A stretch of 64,000 bases of DNA from an uncultured virus (IMG/VR IMGVR_UViG_3300032006_000004) (IMGVR_UViG_3300032006_000004), one strand, 5' to 3'. Numbered from the stretch's first letter, positions 47,801 through 57,278 are shown. Program-made: numbers and translations. The notes: a model not told the origin generated them from the sequence alone.

Positions 47801-50521
47801 ACTATTGAGCAATTCACTGAAATGGATTTGCCTTCTACGATTGTTGTTGAGCAGGTTTACACTTCGACGGGAGAAAAGATTGTTTGGCAGGTTGAGCATT
47901 CTGGTAGAACATTTGATTCTCGTACAGCGGCGATGGATCATGTTTATGAGGAACTTGGATATTTCAAAGTTCCTCGTGTCTTTCGGAATGAGAAGGGCCA
48001 GATTGTAAGCCAGACTTCGAAAGAGAATGGTCATTGGGTTCGTAAGATTTCTGTTCCGAAAGAGTCACCTATCCGCAAAACGAAGAAGGGCAATACTTGG
48101 GCTGATCTTTTTGAGCGGATGGGGAATTTATCTAATGAGTTAAATGCTGAACAGATTTTGGTAACTAATCAGTTAGATGATGTTGTTGAGCGTGTAGCCA
48201 ATTTAAGGAATAGTCTTGAAGCTTCTCCAGTGATGATGGGGCTTAATGAAGATTTGGCTCGCTTGGATGCTTATATCAATACCACTCAGGGAACTCGGCA
48301 ATGGTTTATTCAATTAGCTAACCGTGGTCGTCCCAATAAATACGGTTGGTCGGGTACAGGTCGGCCAAAGGGTGCTGAAGGTAAGAGCGATTATTGGTTG
48401 GGGAAACAGCGAGGCATGTCTGATGAAGATATTGCCCATAGGTACCAAACTAGGGCTCAACCTAGAACTAAAGGTGGTAAACCAGAACCTGCCCGTAAGG
48501 GCGCTAAGGTTGCGCCAGGTGAGACTGCTGCTGCTCGTTGGGTGAGTGGAGTTGTTGAAGGCGATTTGAATGATGCCCATAGACAATTCGATATAGATCG
48601 ACTTCGGTATTACGCCGATGAAGGGATAGAACCTCCTGATCTTTATGTTGGTGCGAGACAAGAGCATGAAGATCTTCTAAAGGTCAAGAATCAAATTAAT
48701 GAGCAAATTGCCATTCAGCAGAATCTTATTGATGAGGCTGTCCAGAAAGCTAAAGTTGCCGAACAAGCTGCTTATCAAGCTCGGGCTAACCAAGCTGACG
48801 ATATCCAGAATTATGCTTTGCATAAAGCTGAAGCAGATGCTCGCAAACTTCAGCTTGAAGCTGAGGTTGCTAGCTTAAGAGAATCTGGTTCTATTGTAGA
48901 TTTCTTTAGGTCTGCCCCTACTCCAGATGAAGCAATTCTGAGGGTGCTTGCTGATCGAGGGCTCTACAGCAAAGCTTTAGATGCTTATGGCGAAGCTCAG
49001 TCTAATTTCTTGCTTTCTTATCGGGGGATGCAACAAACTTTAACTCCTGGTGGTCAGTCTTACGTTGCTGGCGGTTTAAGCGAAACTGGTTTTCAAATGT
49101 TTGAAGAAGCTCTCATGGCTGGGGCTAAGCTTCACGACTTTGACGAAGTTGGAAAGTTCCTTAAGGGATATAGGCAACTTGCGAACTGGTGGAAATCACA
49201 AGCCGTGACCACGCCAGGTTTCATTATCCGCAACCTTATGGGCGGTATGTGGATTAACTCGATGGTCGCTGGAGTTGAGTTTGGGACCCACAGCAAAGTA
49301 ATAGGCATGACTAAAGCTGCGGCTTCAGCAGGCAACGGGGATGTTCTTGCAGGTATGCGTCAGCTAGCTGCTTCTGACGGTCCTGTCCGTTTAGAAGGTA
49401 TTTCTGGACTGGGTGGTGCTCGCAAAGCAGGCGCAGAAGATTTTAGAGATTTGCTAGAACTAATGGAAAGCGGTTCTGTCGGATCTGGTCAATCATGGTC
49501 TGAAATTATCACCAATGTTGATCAGGCCGCTGTGTTGCGACCGTACCAAAGAAGGCAAGGCAAATTGGGTGGCGCCCAAAGCGGTTTGGGGGCAGGCTGG
49601 ACAGAAGGCACATGGAAGCCTTGGTCTGCTGATTTCAAAATGTCTAGAGCTATCCGTTCACAGAACGAGCGTGCAGAGTTTGTTTTGCGTGCCTCTGTAG
49701 GTATGGATACTCTTGCCAAAGGTGGAGATGTTGCTTCCGCTTACAGAAATATCACCAAGTATCATTTTGATTACGGAGATATCACAAATGTGGAGCGGCG
49801 AATCAAAGATGTGATTCCTTTCTACACTTGGCAAAAAAATGTTATTCCTGTGTTGTTGGAGTCAATGGGACGTAAACCTCAGTCTTGGGGACGTTTGCTT
49901 CAAGTCAAGAAAGAACTTGAGCTTCATTCTCCTCAGCAGGGATTAGTTCCTGATTATTTTGGTGAGAATATGGGAATCAGGTTGCCATTTAAGATTCCTG
50001 GGATCAAGGGCGGGCGTGTGTACGCTCTTCCAGATCTTCCTTTCAGGGATTTCCAAAGGTATTTGAAAGAACCAACTTCTCCTATTCGGGGACCTTTGGA
50101 GTCTGCATTTCCTTGGGTCAAGTTACCTGCCGAAATGTGGGCGACTAAGCAGACTTTCGCTGATATTCCTTTCATGGAAAGGTATCAGCAAGTTCCTTCT
50201 TGGGGTAAAATTCCTGGTCTAATGCCAATATTAGGTGGTTTGGGTAAAGCCAAGAAAGCTAAAGACGGTACGTGGGTTATGAAAGATAACGATATTTATG
50301 CTGTTGATCAGTTCGTTCCTTTCTTTGGTCGTATGCGTAGAATGTTGCCTAATGAAGAGGCTAAGCAGCGTCGCCTTATGACAACTTGGGTGTCTACTAT
50401 TTTCGGTGGCGGTTTTAGGGTTAATGATCCGTTTGAAAAGCGTTCGCAATTTATTCGGGATCAGAAGAAATTTGCGAACGATATGCGTGACATCCTAGAT
50501 ATTGAAACAAGGCGAGTCTGA
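44873..50521 (+). CDS. Large internal virion/ejection protein (1882 aa)
   Basis: N- and C-terminal regions homologous to 4926..11585. Confidence 0.65.
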   Translation: MADRKDILAALKSAPGLDLSPDSGHIDLSPDTPMLGTHDPTNPWGLELNLPTPRPVGGDGFLGPLGQVIDIIDTPRAAIMSTVKEVTDLVQGEGFSGKDWWNQTSDNYMFGDLLQDEGWGTGTGWDIALGLPIDILLDPVTYALSPLKAAGMLARGTIGAKGVAVKMQNVAKASSKAAYAADKAGDAAGAAKHAAKADEYNAAAAAVVKNNAIQAAPKKILEEMGFDVAKGMTFSVPLTGRVGRKVVERPLDRVLGGLLSKVLDPRRIKQLPKFMIDDAGFDLWSNTAKAQKNRDLVQKAMYRLKRGENIDNLADAATMKSVRQAAKMANQMAVDVPGVLIPGTYGLATKVALGPGRLWGTAMVRTPFMDDMHKAFASGESGAVKRMMRGTGLRAKNLTDEDRLVGLAMWDNLQTALTAERTFGVQFGERVAGLRQTIDEINESLVAAGRDEITPEDMMRWGQIDDAANMTPEARRLAGLEEVFGPGQGEVLPSKWEAQIKIKEFWEGVRKDFNAALAREGEEGFGSIDEMLDDFYVARFIDLETEIGKKIVDKGRWTPPADARHTQGLRGSPTKLREYKPGETFLGKLLVSPAEHPQGLSIVDQMRVIGKDVVGPEFRSMYSEQFWDVADRYGKVMKSRARHQRWINELENSAILQRGTMQADGIAFKYDTDVVNQLEDLIKAINKERGKFQKDILSSNEDIEKLRETAVASLDQVDEVSQAAGAVLVRLNNQLTDVQTVLNEFEEIAGVAGFSPKAKQYLLDLLDGKMATRSSKEAALEAEILEEIVEFIEPLAQKLAKLRQAQNQLQETIGMAHREGVQVGATPRNVAWDDMLEVPTKDRGYATDLQNFLTKLDAEITDLEKFMRYVTGNLHTSALADETVEMMETLVKLSDDIKDPKFPLVISGETAAEGVLRPKRRLSPERMRQLRQPRGTAEPQLVQRREGGKFAEGKEIKSRAAYNYEETIESPNFQKITIEQFTEMDLPSTIVVEQVYTSTGEKIVWQVEHSGRTFDSRTAAMDHVYEELGYFKVPRVFRNEKGQIVSQTSKENGHWVRKISVPKESPIRKTKKGNTWADLFERMGNLSNELNAEQILVTNQLDDVVERVANLRNSLEASPVMMGLNEDLARLDAYINTTQGTRQWFIQLANRGRPNKYGWSGTGRPKGAEGKSDYWLGKQRGMSDEDIAHRYQTRAQPRTKGGKPEPARKGAKVAPGETAAARWVSGVVEGDLNDAHRQFDIDRLRYYADEGIEPPDLYVGARQEHEDLLKVKNQINEQIAIQQNLIDEAVQKAKVAEQAAYQARANQADDIQNYALHKAEADARKLQLEAEVASLRESGSIVDFFRSAPTPDEAILRVLADRGLYSKALDAYGEAQSNFLLSYRGMQQTLTPGGQSYVAGGLSETGFQMFEEALMAGAKLHDFDEVGKFLKGYRQLANWWKSQAVTTPGFIIRNLMGGMWINSMVAGVEFGTHSKVIGMTKAAASAGNGDVLAGMRQLAASDGPVRLEGISGLGGARKAGAEDFRDLLELMESGSVGSGQSWSEIITNVDQAAVLRPYQRRQGKLGGAQSGLGAGWTEGTWKPWSADFKMSRAIRSQNERAEFVLRASVGMDTLAKGGDVASAYRNITKYHFDYGDITNVERRIKDVIPFYTWQKNVIPVLLESMGRKPQSWGRLLQVKKELELHSPQQGLVPDYFGENMGIRLPFKIPGIKGGRVYALPDLPFRDFQRYLKEPTSPIRGPLESAFPWVKLPAEMWATKQTFADIPFMERYQQVPSWGKIPGLMPILGGLGKAKKAKDGTWVMKDNDIYAVDQFVPFFGRMRRMLPNEEAKQRRLMTTWVSTIFGGGFRVNDPFEKRSQFIRDQKKFANDMRDILDIETRRV

Positions 50522-50522
50522 T

Positions 50523-51290
50523 ATGAGCCTGACTATTATTTCTCGGTCGGGCTGGGAAGCCCGACCTCCAAAGAAACCTTTCACGAAGCTGAAACGCTGG
50601 CGGGTTAAGGGAATTGTTTTGCACCATAGCGGTGTAAAGAATGGCCCTTCTGGCGTGACTGCCGTTAAGCAGTACGAGCGTTTCCACATGGATTCTCGGG
50701 GCTGGAATGCTATTGCATATAACTGGCTTGTAGACGAGAAGGGTGTAGTTTACGAGGGGAGAGGCCCTGGTATTCAGTCTGGGGCTACGAAAGGTTGGAA
50801 CAGTCGCACTGAAGCTATTTGCTATACGGGCTGGGGAGCAGCGAAAGTTCCTAATGAGGCTTTGGTTTCGATTAAGGCTCTTATAAATGATATCCAAGGA
50901 CGTTACGATCATGGACTCTGGGTTAAAGGACACAGAGACTTGGGTAATTCAACTTGCCCTGGTAATTGGCTTTATGACTGGCTTCGCGCAGGGATGCCCG
51001 TCGATGAAGGAGATTGGGCTCAGATCGACTGGGCGTCGATCACAGCGCATTTAGATAGCCTAAAGGGGGTAGTGTCACACTCCCCCCTCTCCGCTCGTCG
51101 TAGGAGCCGTGGTGAGGCCGTGAGAGCCGTACAGCAGAGATTGAGTGACTTGGGGCATGAGCCTGGTGGTATTGACGGCATATTTGGCCGAAATACGGCC
51201 AGAGCCGTCAAAGAATTTCAAAAAAAGTTTGGGTTTCTTAAAGCAGATGGGATCGTAGGCGTACAAACTTGGGATGTCTTATTTGCGTAA
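50523..51290 (+). CDS. Endolysin (Amidase_2 + PG-binding)
   Basis: Homologue of 11594..12385. Confidence 0.92.
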   Translation: MSLTIISRSGWEARPPKKPFTKLKRWRVKGIVLHHSGVKNGPSGVTAVKQYERFHMDSRGWNAIAYNWLVDEKGVVYEGRGPGIQSGATKGWNSRTEAICYTGWGAAKVPNEALVSIKALINDIQGRYDHGLWVKGHRDLGNSTCPGNWLYDWLRAGMPVDEGDWAQIDWASITAHLDSLKGVVSHSPLSARRRSRGEAVRAVQQRLSDLGHEPGGIDGIFGRNTARAVKEFQKKFGFLKADGIVGVQTWDVLFA

Positions 51291-51329
51291 GTGGGCCAAA
51301 GTTGCTCTATTATAGGAAGTGAGGTAGCA

Positions 51330-51476
51330 ATGCCTAAAGAAAGTAAACAGTGGAAGGATTCTTCTTCTGTCGATAACGCTGAGGCGATGGGAATGAAAGC
51401 TAAAGAAGCAGCTTCGTTTCTGCGTTCCACAGCACTAGGTAACCAACATTCGGGCGGTCGCCCGTTCGGGAAGTGA
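51330..51476 (+). CDS. Small conserved protein
   Basis: Homologue of 12394..12522. Confidence 0.7.
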   Translation: MPKESKQWKDSSSVDNAEAMGMKAKEAASFLRSTALGNQHSGGRPFGK

Positions 51477-51477
51477 A

Positions 51478-51672
51478 ATGACTGAAGGTTCAGCCAAGAA
51501 ACCATTTGACTGGGGCGATTGGATTGAGCGTTCTGTTTGGACTGCGGTCGAAGCAGGGCTCGCTATTCTTGTTGTCACAGACGTATCAAGCTTCAAAGCT
51601 GCTGCATCTGCAGCGGCTGCGGCTGGCATAGCGGCTCTGAAGTCGCTAGCCAAGCAACGTCTGGCTCGGTGA
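51478..51672 (+). CDS. Holin
   Basis: Homologue of 12528..12719. Confidence 0.75.
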   Translation: MTEGSAKKPFDWGDWIERSVWTAVEAGLAILVVTDVSSFKAAASAAAAAGIAALKSLAKQRLAR

Positions 51673-52001
51673 TACCTGTGGGGGACGACGAGGCTTTCGA
51701 TGACATCTGGGCAGACTGGATGGCAGAAGAAGGTTTAGAGATGGAAGAAGAGATTGAGCTAACCCTTCTAGAGTCTCGTGGCACCCTCGATATGCAGGAC
51801 GGCACTCATGCCCAGTGGGTTAATGGCGACCTTGGGGTTCTCTTAACTTTTTCTTCAGAAGAAGTTTCAGAACTTTTAGACGCTTGGGATGATGCTGTTG
51901 ACGGCAACATAATTGCCTTGAGCAGCCTCATGCAGTGGCTCAACGGTTTCCAAGGTTTCCTTGCTTCTTGCATTAAAGCAAGATCGGATTTGGAAGATTA
52001 A
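51669..52001 (+). CDS. Acidic hypothetical protein
   Basis: Homologue of 12724..13041. Confidence 0.7.
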   Translation: MIPVGDDEAFDDIWADWMAEEGLEMEEEIELTLLESRGTLDMQDGTHAQWVNGDLGVLLTFSSEEVSELLDAWDDAVDGNIIALSSLMQWLNGFQGFLASCIKARSDLED

Positions 52002-52438
52002 TCCTTGAGTTTTCTCCACACAGCTTCATGCTGAAGGAGATTACGACGGATCTTAGCTGCCAGTTCGTCACGTCTGCGCGCCAACGTGGTTTTGGGTATG
52101 TGCAGTACTCGTGCAACGAAGCGCAAGGAGAGGCCCACATCTACAAGGATGTGGTAAAGCCATTGTTCGTCCTCAGTCAATGAGTCAAAGACCTCTTCCA
52201 CGGCATCTATTAAATCCCCTTCATCTCTGTAGACGCTTTCCCAAGAGGCAGAAGGTTCTTCGAAAGGGGCGGCGCTCATAAGAGCTTCCGCATCTGTTTC
52301 GGGGATATGATAAAGCCTGACGGCTCGATACCATTCTGTGTCAGAAACAGCGACTCTGGACCGTTGCGGTCGCAAAGAAGGGAATTTGTAATCTCTTAAT
52401 GATTGAAAGAATGTTTCAGGATCAAATTCATTATCCAT
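51998..52438 (-). CDS. Sigma-70 region-4-like HTH protein
   Basis: VFDSLTEDEQWLY...GLSLRFVARVLHIPKTTLARRRD. Confidence 0.7.
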   Translation of the reverse strand: MDNEFDPETFFQSLRDYKFPSLRPQRSRVAVSDTEWYRAVRLYHIPETDAEALMSAAPFEEPSASWESVYRDEGDLIDAVEEVFDSLTEDEQWLYHILVDVGLSLRFVARVLHIPKTTLARRRDELAAKIRRNLLQHEAVWRKLKD

Positions 52439-52880
52439 TGTCCCAGGGCAATAGCTTAGAGCTTATGGAGAAATAAGCTTTGCCCTCGGGGAACTTACCC
52501 AATGGTGCATCTTCCTTATTGATGATATTAAGCATTTCGCTGTATTTAAGTTCAGCGAAATTCTGTCGGGTTGATGACCAGATCCAAAAGTATAAGTCCA
52601 TTCCCGAGTGGTCCCACCAAGACAACGCAGATATCTTTTCCAATTTTAATTTCAGCGGCGTTTTGCCCATTCCCATCACTTCTACAAGCCGCTGAGGGTT
52701 TCCTTGTAAGTAATCAGGAGTATATCTAACTCCCAACGGCATTTTGTGTATATGGAACGGTGGGCGGTTCAAACCGTACCTAACCCAAGATTCGTTTCTT
52801 TCTTCAAAAGCTGTTTCAGCTTCATCTCCCATCTTGACGTAACGCTCTTGGTAGCTTCCTTGATGGAACGGTTTATTCAT
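52431..52880 (-). CDS. PD-(D/E)xK-fold nuclease-like protein
   Basis: YTPDY...LVEVMG. Confidence 0.55.
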   Translation of the reverse strand: MNKPFHQGSYQERYVKMGDEAETAFEERNESWVRYGLNRPPFHIHKMPLGVRYTPDYLQGNPQRLVEVMGMGKTPLKLKLEKISALSWWDHSGMDLYFWIWSSTRQNFAELKYSEMLNIINKEDAPLGKFPEGKAYFSISSKLLPWDNG

Positions 52881-53215
52881 TTTTTCCTCCCGACAATTCT
52901 TTGAATTTGAATGTCGTCAGCGTAAGCGATGCCGTTTAAGGCATCTTCTATCGCTTTAAGGTAGTTGGTAGTATCTCCTCGGAGTTTGCTTTCCTCTCCT
53001 TCTAGCTGTGTGATGGTCACTTGCGCTCGCTTGGAACTAAAGACCACACTCATGCTTATGGGGCCTTCAAAGAGGGGCCCTTTGTAATGTTCTTTGACTG
53101 CGTTTTCGTAGTCCCGAGTATTTTTAGGAGTGTAAGCATAACCTTTTTTAGAAAATCTAGGTCTGCCTTTAACTTTTGGGCGGACTGGTATGGTGAATTT
53201 GTAAGACTTAGGCAC
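52877..53215 (-). CDS. rusA: RusA resolvase
   Basis: D..NYLKAIEDALNGIAY.DD. Confidence 0.9.
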   Translation of the reverse strand: MPKSYKFTIPVRPKVKGRPRFSKKGYAYTPKNTRDYENAVKEHYKGPLFEGPISMSVVFSSKRAQVTITQLEGEESKLRGDTTNYLKAIEDALNGIAYADDIQIQRIVGRKK

Positions 53216-54110
53216 GCCTGTCGCCTATCGCTGTCGCTGCTCGTTCAACGAGATTACGAAGTTGACGTTCTCGGTCTGCTCGGCCTGTGAACTTTTGTAA
53301 ACGGTCATCGAATCGCCTTACCCAATCAAGAGTTGCGTCTATCGTAAACTCTTGCCAAATAAGACTGGTGGCAAACCCGAATAAAGACTTGCTTCGATCT
53401 TCGTGTTCGTTCTGTTCCCATAGTTCTTTAGCCAATCCAAGGAACTCCCCCTCCAGCCGAAAACCCCGATCAACATACTTCAGTTTCTTCGGCTCAGTCG
53501 CGGCGTGGAGGGGGAGCAGTTTCCGCATTATGGCAGGTGGGGTCCTGTTTAGTAAAGCTTCTTTGGTGAATTTTTGCCAAGAGTACCCTTCTATCTCCTG
53601 TTTTCCTGGCGTTCGCCCTCCTGGGTAGGGCAACCGCAAACAGTTCCCTATTGAACCCTTTTCTAAAGATATTTGTTTGGGGTACACCTCGCGAATGGGC
53701 ACGTCCACGATTCTGCACGCCCCAATAAGGGCTTGTCTAACCAAGCTTGCGGCCATAGGAGCCTGTAAGTAGACCCATACATGCACGCCTTTGGATCTGG
53801 ATGGTTCTTTCCAAGAAGTAATACCCATTTTTGTGAGTAATTTCTGTAAGTTCGTGGCATGAACATACGATATCTCTCCATCGTCTAGGTCTACTGCGCC
53901 CCAGTTGACCATCCAAACGCCATTCTTTTGCCAAAGAGGGTACACGCCAATGTTGGCATCACCTTCTAAATGCTTTTTGATTAGCTCTTCGTATTCTTCG
54001 CCATACGCCTCAACATAGTCCCCCTGTCGGGTAAGAGGCTTTACTCCTTTCGCTACGTTAGCGATGAAGCCGCCCTTGTGAAGCTCAGCGAAATCTTCTA
54101 CTCCACCCAT
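53208..54110 (-). CDS. AEP primase
   Basis: Homologue of 14406..15320. Confidence 0.8.
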   Translation of the reverse strand: MGGVEDFAELHKGGFIANVAKGVKPLTRQGDYVEAYGEEYEELIKKHLEGDANIGVYPLWQKNGVWMVNWGAVDLDDGEISYVHATNLQKLLTKMGITSWKEPSRSKGVHVWVYLQAPMAASLVRQALIGACRIVDVPIREVYPKQISLEKGSIGNCLRLPYPGGRTPGKQEIEGYSWQKFTKEALLNRTPPAIMRKLLPLHAATEPKKLKYVDRGFRLEGEFLGLAKELWEQNEHEDRSKSLFGFATSLIWQEFTIDATLDWVRRFDDRLQKFTGRADRERQLRNLVERAATAIGDRRA

Positions 54111-55081
54111 CGGTCATCCAGTGGGATATCAGACTCGAAGTAGTCCCTGACAAATCCGCAGTTGGGATCCATGTAATAGTCAATGGGGTCGTGGGTGACG
54201 TGGCATGGCGGTCGCTTGTTCTTGCAGAGGTCCAGCGATACTGAAACCGAGTGCATGAGTCGTTCAGCGTCCGAAAGCTTTGGGTCATCACGTTTCCTAA
54301 ATACGTTTAATTGAAGTATAGCATATTCATCGGCATTGAATTTGCCATCGTCCATCCCTCTGGAGCTACCACGAGTGGATCCTTTACCAGATTGGTGGAT
54401 GAGGGCGGTTGGCATCTTCTCTGCTTCGGACCATTCTTTTAGCCCTTTAAGCACCTTTGACACTCCCTCATATCCGCTTGCCTGTGGGAGTTGCTCTAAG
54501 AAGTCAACCATGACAAAGCCTGCCTTGGCTTGCCAGTAATCTTCACATTCTCGCATGGCTTCCGACATATGTTCGAAAGACATAGCGTTAGGGAAAATTT
54601 TTATTCTGTCTAAGAAGGAGACTTTCGCTTCTTCAATCTCTTGTATGACTGCAGGATCTTGTGTCCGCAAACCATCTTCCACCTCCGCAAGATTGCGTTG
54701 GTAAAGAAGAGCGTAAAGTTTCGAGACAACCAAGATCTCTGGTTCGTCGGGGGTGTAGATAATTCCATGAAAGTCTGGGTTCTGTAATAAGTTCGTTGCC
54801 ATTGAGGAAAGGATTACAGCGGACTTGCCACTGTGTGCTCTGCCTGTAACGACTAGAACGTCGCTAGGCCAGATGCCTCTCATCTTTTGGTCTATGTCTG
54901 AAAGACCCATGTAGTAACAGTCGTCACCACGTTGGGCATAGTCCACCCACTCATCCACTGCCGCTGAAGTGGGGCGGAACCATTTGTATTGTTGCTCTCC
55001 CAGTAGGTCGAGATCGACGCCCGCTAAAAGGGCATCGACCTCGGCCTCGGAAAGCTCTACGGCTTCTCCCTGGGTTTCCAT
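54098..55081 (-). CDS. DnaB-like helicase
   Basis: GRAHSGKS. Confidence 0.85.
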   Translation of the reverse strand: METQGEAVELSEAEVDALLAGVDLDLLGEQQYKWFRPTSAAVDEWVDYAQRGDDCYYMGLSDIDQKMRGIWPSDVLVVTGRAHSGKSAVILSSMATNLLQNPDFHGIIYTPDEPEILVVSKLYALLYQRNLAEVEDGLRTQDPAVIQEIEEAKVSFLDRIKIFPNAMSFEHMSEAMRECEDYWQAKAGFVMVDFLEQLPQASGYEGVSKVLKGLKEWSEAEKMPTALIHQSGKGSTRGSSRGMDDGKFNADEYAILQLNVFRKRDDPKLSDAERLMHSVSVSLDLCKNKRPPCHVTHDPIDYYMDPNCGFVRDYFESDIPLDDRWVE

Positions 55082-55801
55082 TTAGGAATGAAGCTCCTCG
55101 CGTCGGGCCAGCCAATCCCATTCCACTGCGTCAGCTTCAGTCTGGCCTGCGGCCTGATCGAACACGCGGAGAGGGACATTGCTGTCGCCGTCGTTGACCC
55201 ACATCCCGAAGTCTTGTTTGACTTCGATTCCTAAATGAGCAAGAGCGTCTTTGCCAATAGAAAAGTTGGGGTAACTTGTTCCACGGTTGGTGGTGTCAGT
55301 CGTCCCGTCAGCTTTTTCTTTGACTTTATAAACTTCGATGGTGTTCCCATCTTCGTCTCGCCATTCTTGTGGGTGGAAAGCAATGAGGTTCCAGCCAGCC
55401 TGACGAACGTCAGCTTGCTTGCCTACGCAAAGCGGTGTTCGCTTGTAGACACGACCAGTTACTTTTCCGCCTGATGGGGCAGAAGCTTTCGGTCGTACTG
55501 GAGTGCTACTCGCAGGGGCTTCCTCAGATGAGGTGGGCTTATCACCGTCAGGCCTGGAAACGCCGCTTTTCAGGCGTCGCATCACAACCCCGTCAGGAGA
55601 AAGGTCAACTTCCTGCCCTGCTTGTTTCAGCACTTCATTCTTTACATCAGCGAACAAGGCATTTGCTTCAGCGATAATGCCTTCATCGCCCATTGATTCG
55701 GGGACAGTTCGCTCTATGGAGAGCGAATAGTCCGCTGTTTCATACGGGGCTTCGCTCACTTTTTGAGTGAAGCTAACCGTTATTTTTGCATTTTCTGTCA
55801 T
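55082..55801 (-). CDS. Replication-module protein (homologue of 16285..17043)
   Basis: MTENAKITVSFTQKVSEAPYETADY start with GGGAGG RBS. Confidence 0.55.
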   Translation of the reverse strand: MTENAKITVSFTQKVSEAPYETADYSLSIERTVPESMGDEGIIAEANALFADVKNEVLKQAGQEVDLSPDGVVMRRLKSGVSRPDGDKPTSSEEAPASSTPVRPKASAPSGGKVTGRVYKRTPLCVGKQADVRQAGWNLIAFHPQEWRDEDGNTIEVYKVKEKADGTTDTTNRGTSYPNFSIGKDALAHLGIEVKQDFGMWVNDGDSNVPLRVFDQAAGQTEADAVEWDWLARREELHS

Positions 55802-55970
55802 TTCATCCTCCCTTTGGATGTTTGTCCAACAGACTTTTTTGCGAAGCCGATGATATTCCGACGGCTTGTATTCACGAATAATTGGTTTGATGCGTATTGG
55901 GAAATTGAACTTGCCCGCACAATAGCTTACATGAAAAGACATGAGTTCGCCCAACGGCCTACGGCACGTC

Positions 55971-56321
55971 TTAGTTGATAGTGAGCCTTCTCCCGCACGT
56001 CCACCATTTCCATCCCCCTGCCTCCCATATGTGGATTCCCATTTCTATGTTAGCATCATAATCGTAGCGTTGCGCCCAGCGCTCTTCCCCAAATACATCC
56101 GCCCAGAAAAAACGGTTGACTTGCATGACACCGTGGTCATCTGATTTTGAGTTTACGGCGGTGGGGCTCATCAGGCTTTCACACCATACGACCCCGATAG
56201 CGTTTTTGCATCCCCATTCTTCGTACTCGCATAGCGCTGCAGGGACTTCATGGTTGGGTGGTTCCACGTTGACTGAAGCGAAGTCCAAGATACCCCAGAT
56301 TACAAGCCAGACGTTTACCAT
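55971..56321 (-). CDS. Lytic transglycosylase-like protein
   Basis: Homologue of 23501..23836. Confidence 0.75.
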   Translation of the reverse strand: MVNVWLVIWGILDFASVNVEPPNHEVPAALCEYEEWGCKNAIGVVWCESLMSPTAVNSKSDDHGVMQVNRFFWADVFGEERWAQRYDYDANIEMGIHIWEAGGWKWWTCGRRLTIN

Positions 56322-57082
56322 GATTCTGGTTTCCCTTGTCCTAGGTGTTTGCCTCGGCATTTGCCGTCTTGCCAGACAGGGCACCATTTAGGGGAGCAGT
56401 GCCATCCTGTCCAGTTCATCGGCCAAGGCTTAATGTCGGCGGTGATGAGGGGAACGATTGACCAGCACAGATCTATGAAAGCTTTATGGTCTGCTTCGTT
56501 GCGTTCGATGGGAATGTGTTGATACTGACCATTGGCAAATACGGCAAGGTTAAACTTTTCTGCCCCTAATGCCCAACAGTAGGCGTGAGATTGGATATCC
56601 CAGCGACGCTTCTCCCACGGTTCGTAGAAACGTGAAGGATTTTTCCAATCCCATATCTCTCCAGACTCATCTTCCCAGTCGGCTGTGCCGCTTAGCCACA
56701 ACTCGACACCCTTGCGTTTCCCTATTTTCTTTTTGAAAGTACGCTCCACGGCACGAGGTACCCCAAGTTGAGGCCATACCTCGTCGTGCCACACAAGTAT
56801 GTTCGCTCGGCAAACGTCCACAATTTTTTCGTAGGAGTGTCGCCACTCCTCCACCATGTGAGCATTCTCGGCTATGTATTCATCAACCCAATCCAAGAGT
56901 TGGGGGGGATTCACTTTCACTATCGGAGAGGTCCCAGCCATCTCTATGGCATAATGCACAGCGTTTCCCCTCAGCAGATCCGAGGTTTCTTTTTGCTTGA
57001 CAAGACCTTCCCGTTCCTGACGTGCCTGTTCGGGGCAACGGAGGAAGGTACTTATCCAACTTTGTCTGAATGTGATTTTCAT
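56315..57082 (-). CDS. Cas4/RecB-like exonuclease
   Basis: Homologue of 17062..17829. Confidence 0.85.
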   Translation of the reverse strand: MKITFRQSWISTFLRCPEQARQEREGLVKQKETSDLLRGNAVHYAIEMAGTSPIVKVNPPQLLDWVDEYIAENAHMVEEWRHSYEKIVDVCRANILVWHDEVWPQLGVPRAVERTFKKKIGKRKGVELWLSGTADWEDESGEIWDWKNPSRFYEPWEKRRWDIQSHAYCWALGAEKFNLAVFANGQYQHIPIERNEADHKAFIDLCWSIVPLITADIKPWPMNWTGWHCSPKWCPVWQDGKCRGKHLGQGKPESW

Positions 57083-57220
57083 CCGCTTCTCCCTGCGGTA
57101 GTTATGGAGGTTGCCCTAAGCGCGGGGAGAAGTCACGCTCAGAGCAACCCCCTAGATCATTTCGGGTAAACCCCTTGAAGGGTTTACCCGAGTCTAGTGG
57201 GTAGATTACAAAAAAAGCAA
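57080..57220 (-). promoter_or_regulatory. Promoter-like TAGACT plus two hairpins; second loop pairs with the SD
   Basis: Stems 57162-57191 and 57109-57149. Confidence 0.65.
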
Positions 57221-57244
57221 GCACCCACTTATTTTTGAGCGCGG

Positions 57245-57278
57245 AAAAGCCCCACCAGAAACTAATCCAGTGGGGCTT
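57245..57278 (-). terminator. Probable terminator
   Basis: AAGCCCCAC...GTGGGGCTTTT. Confidence 0.55.
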
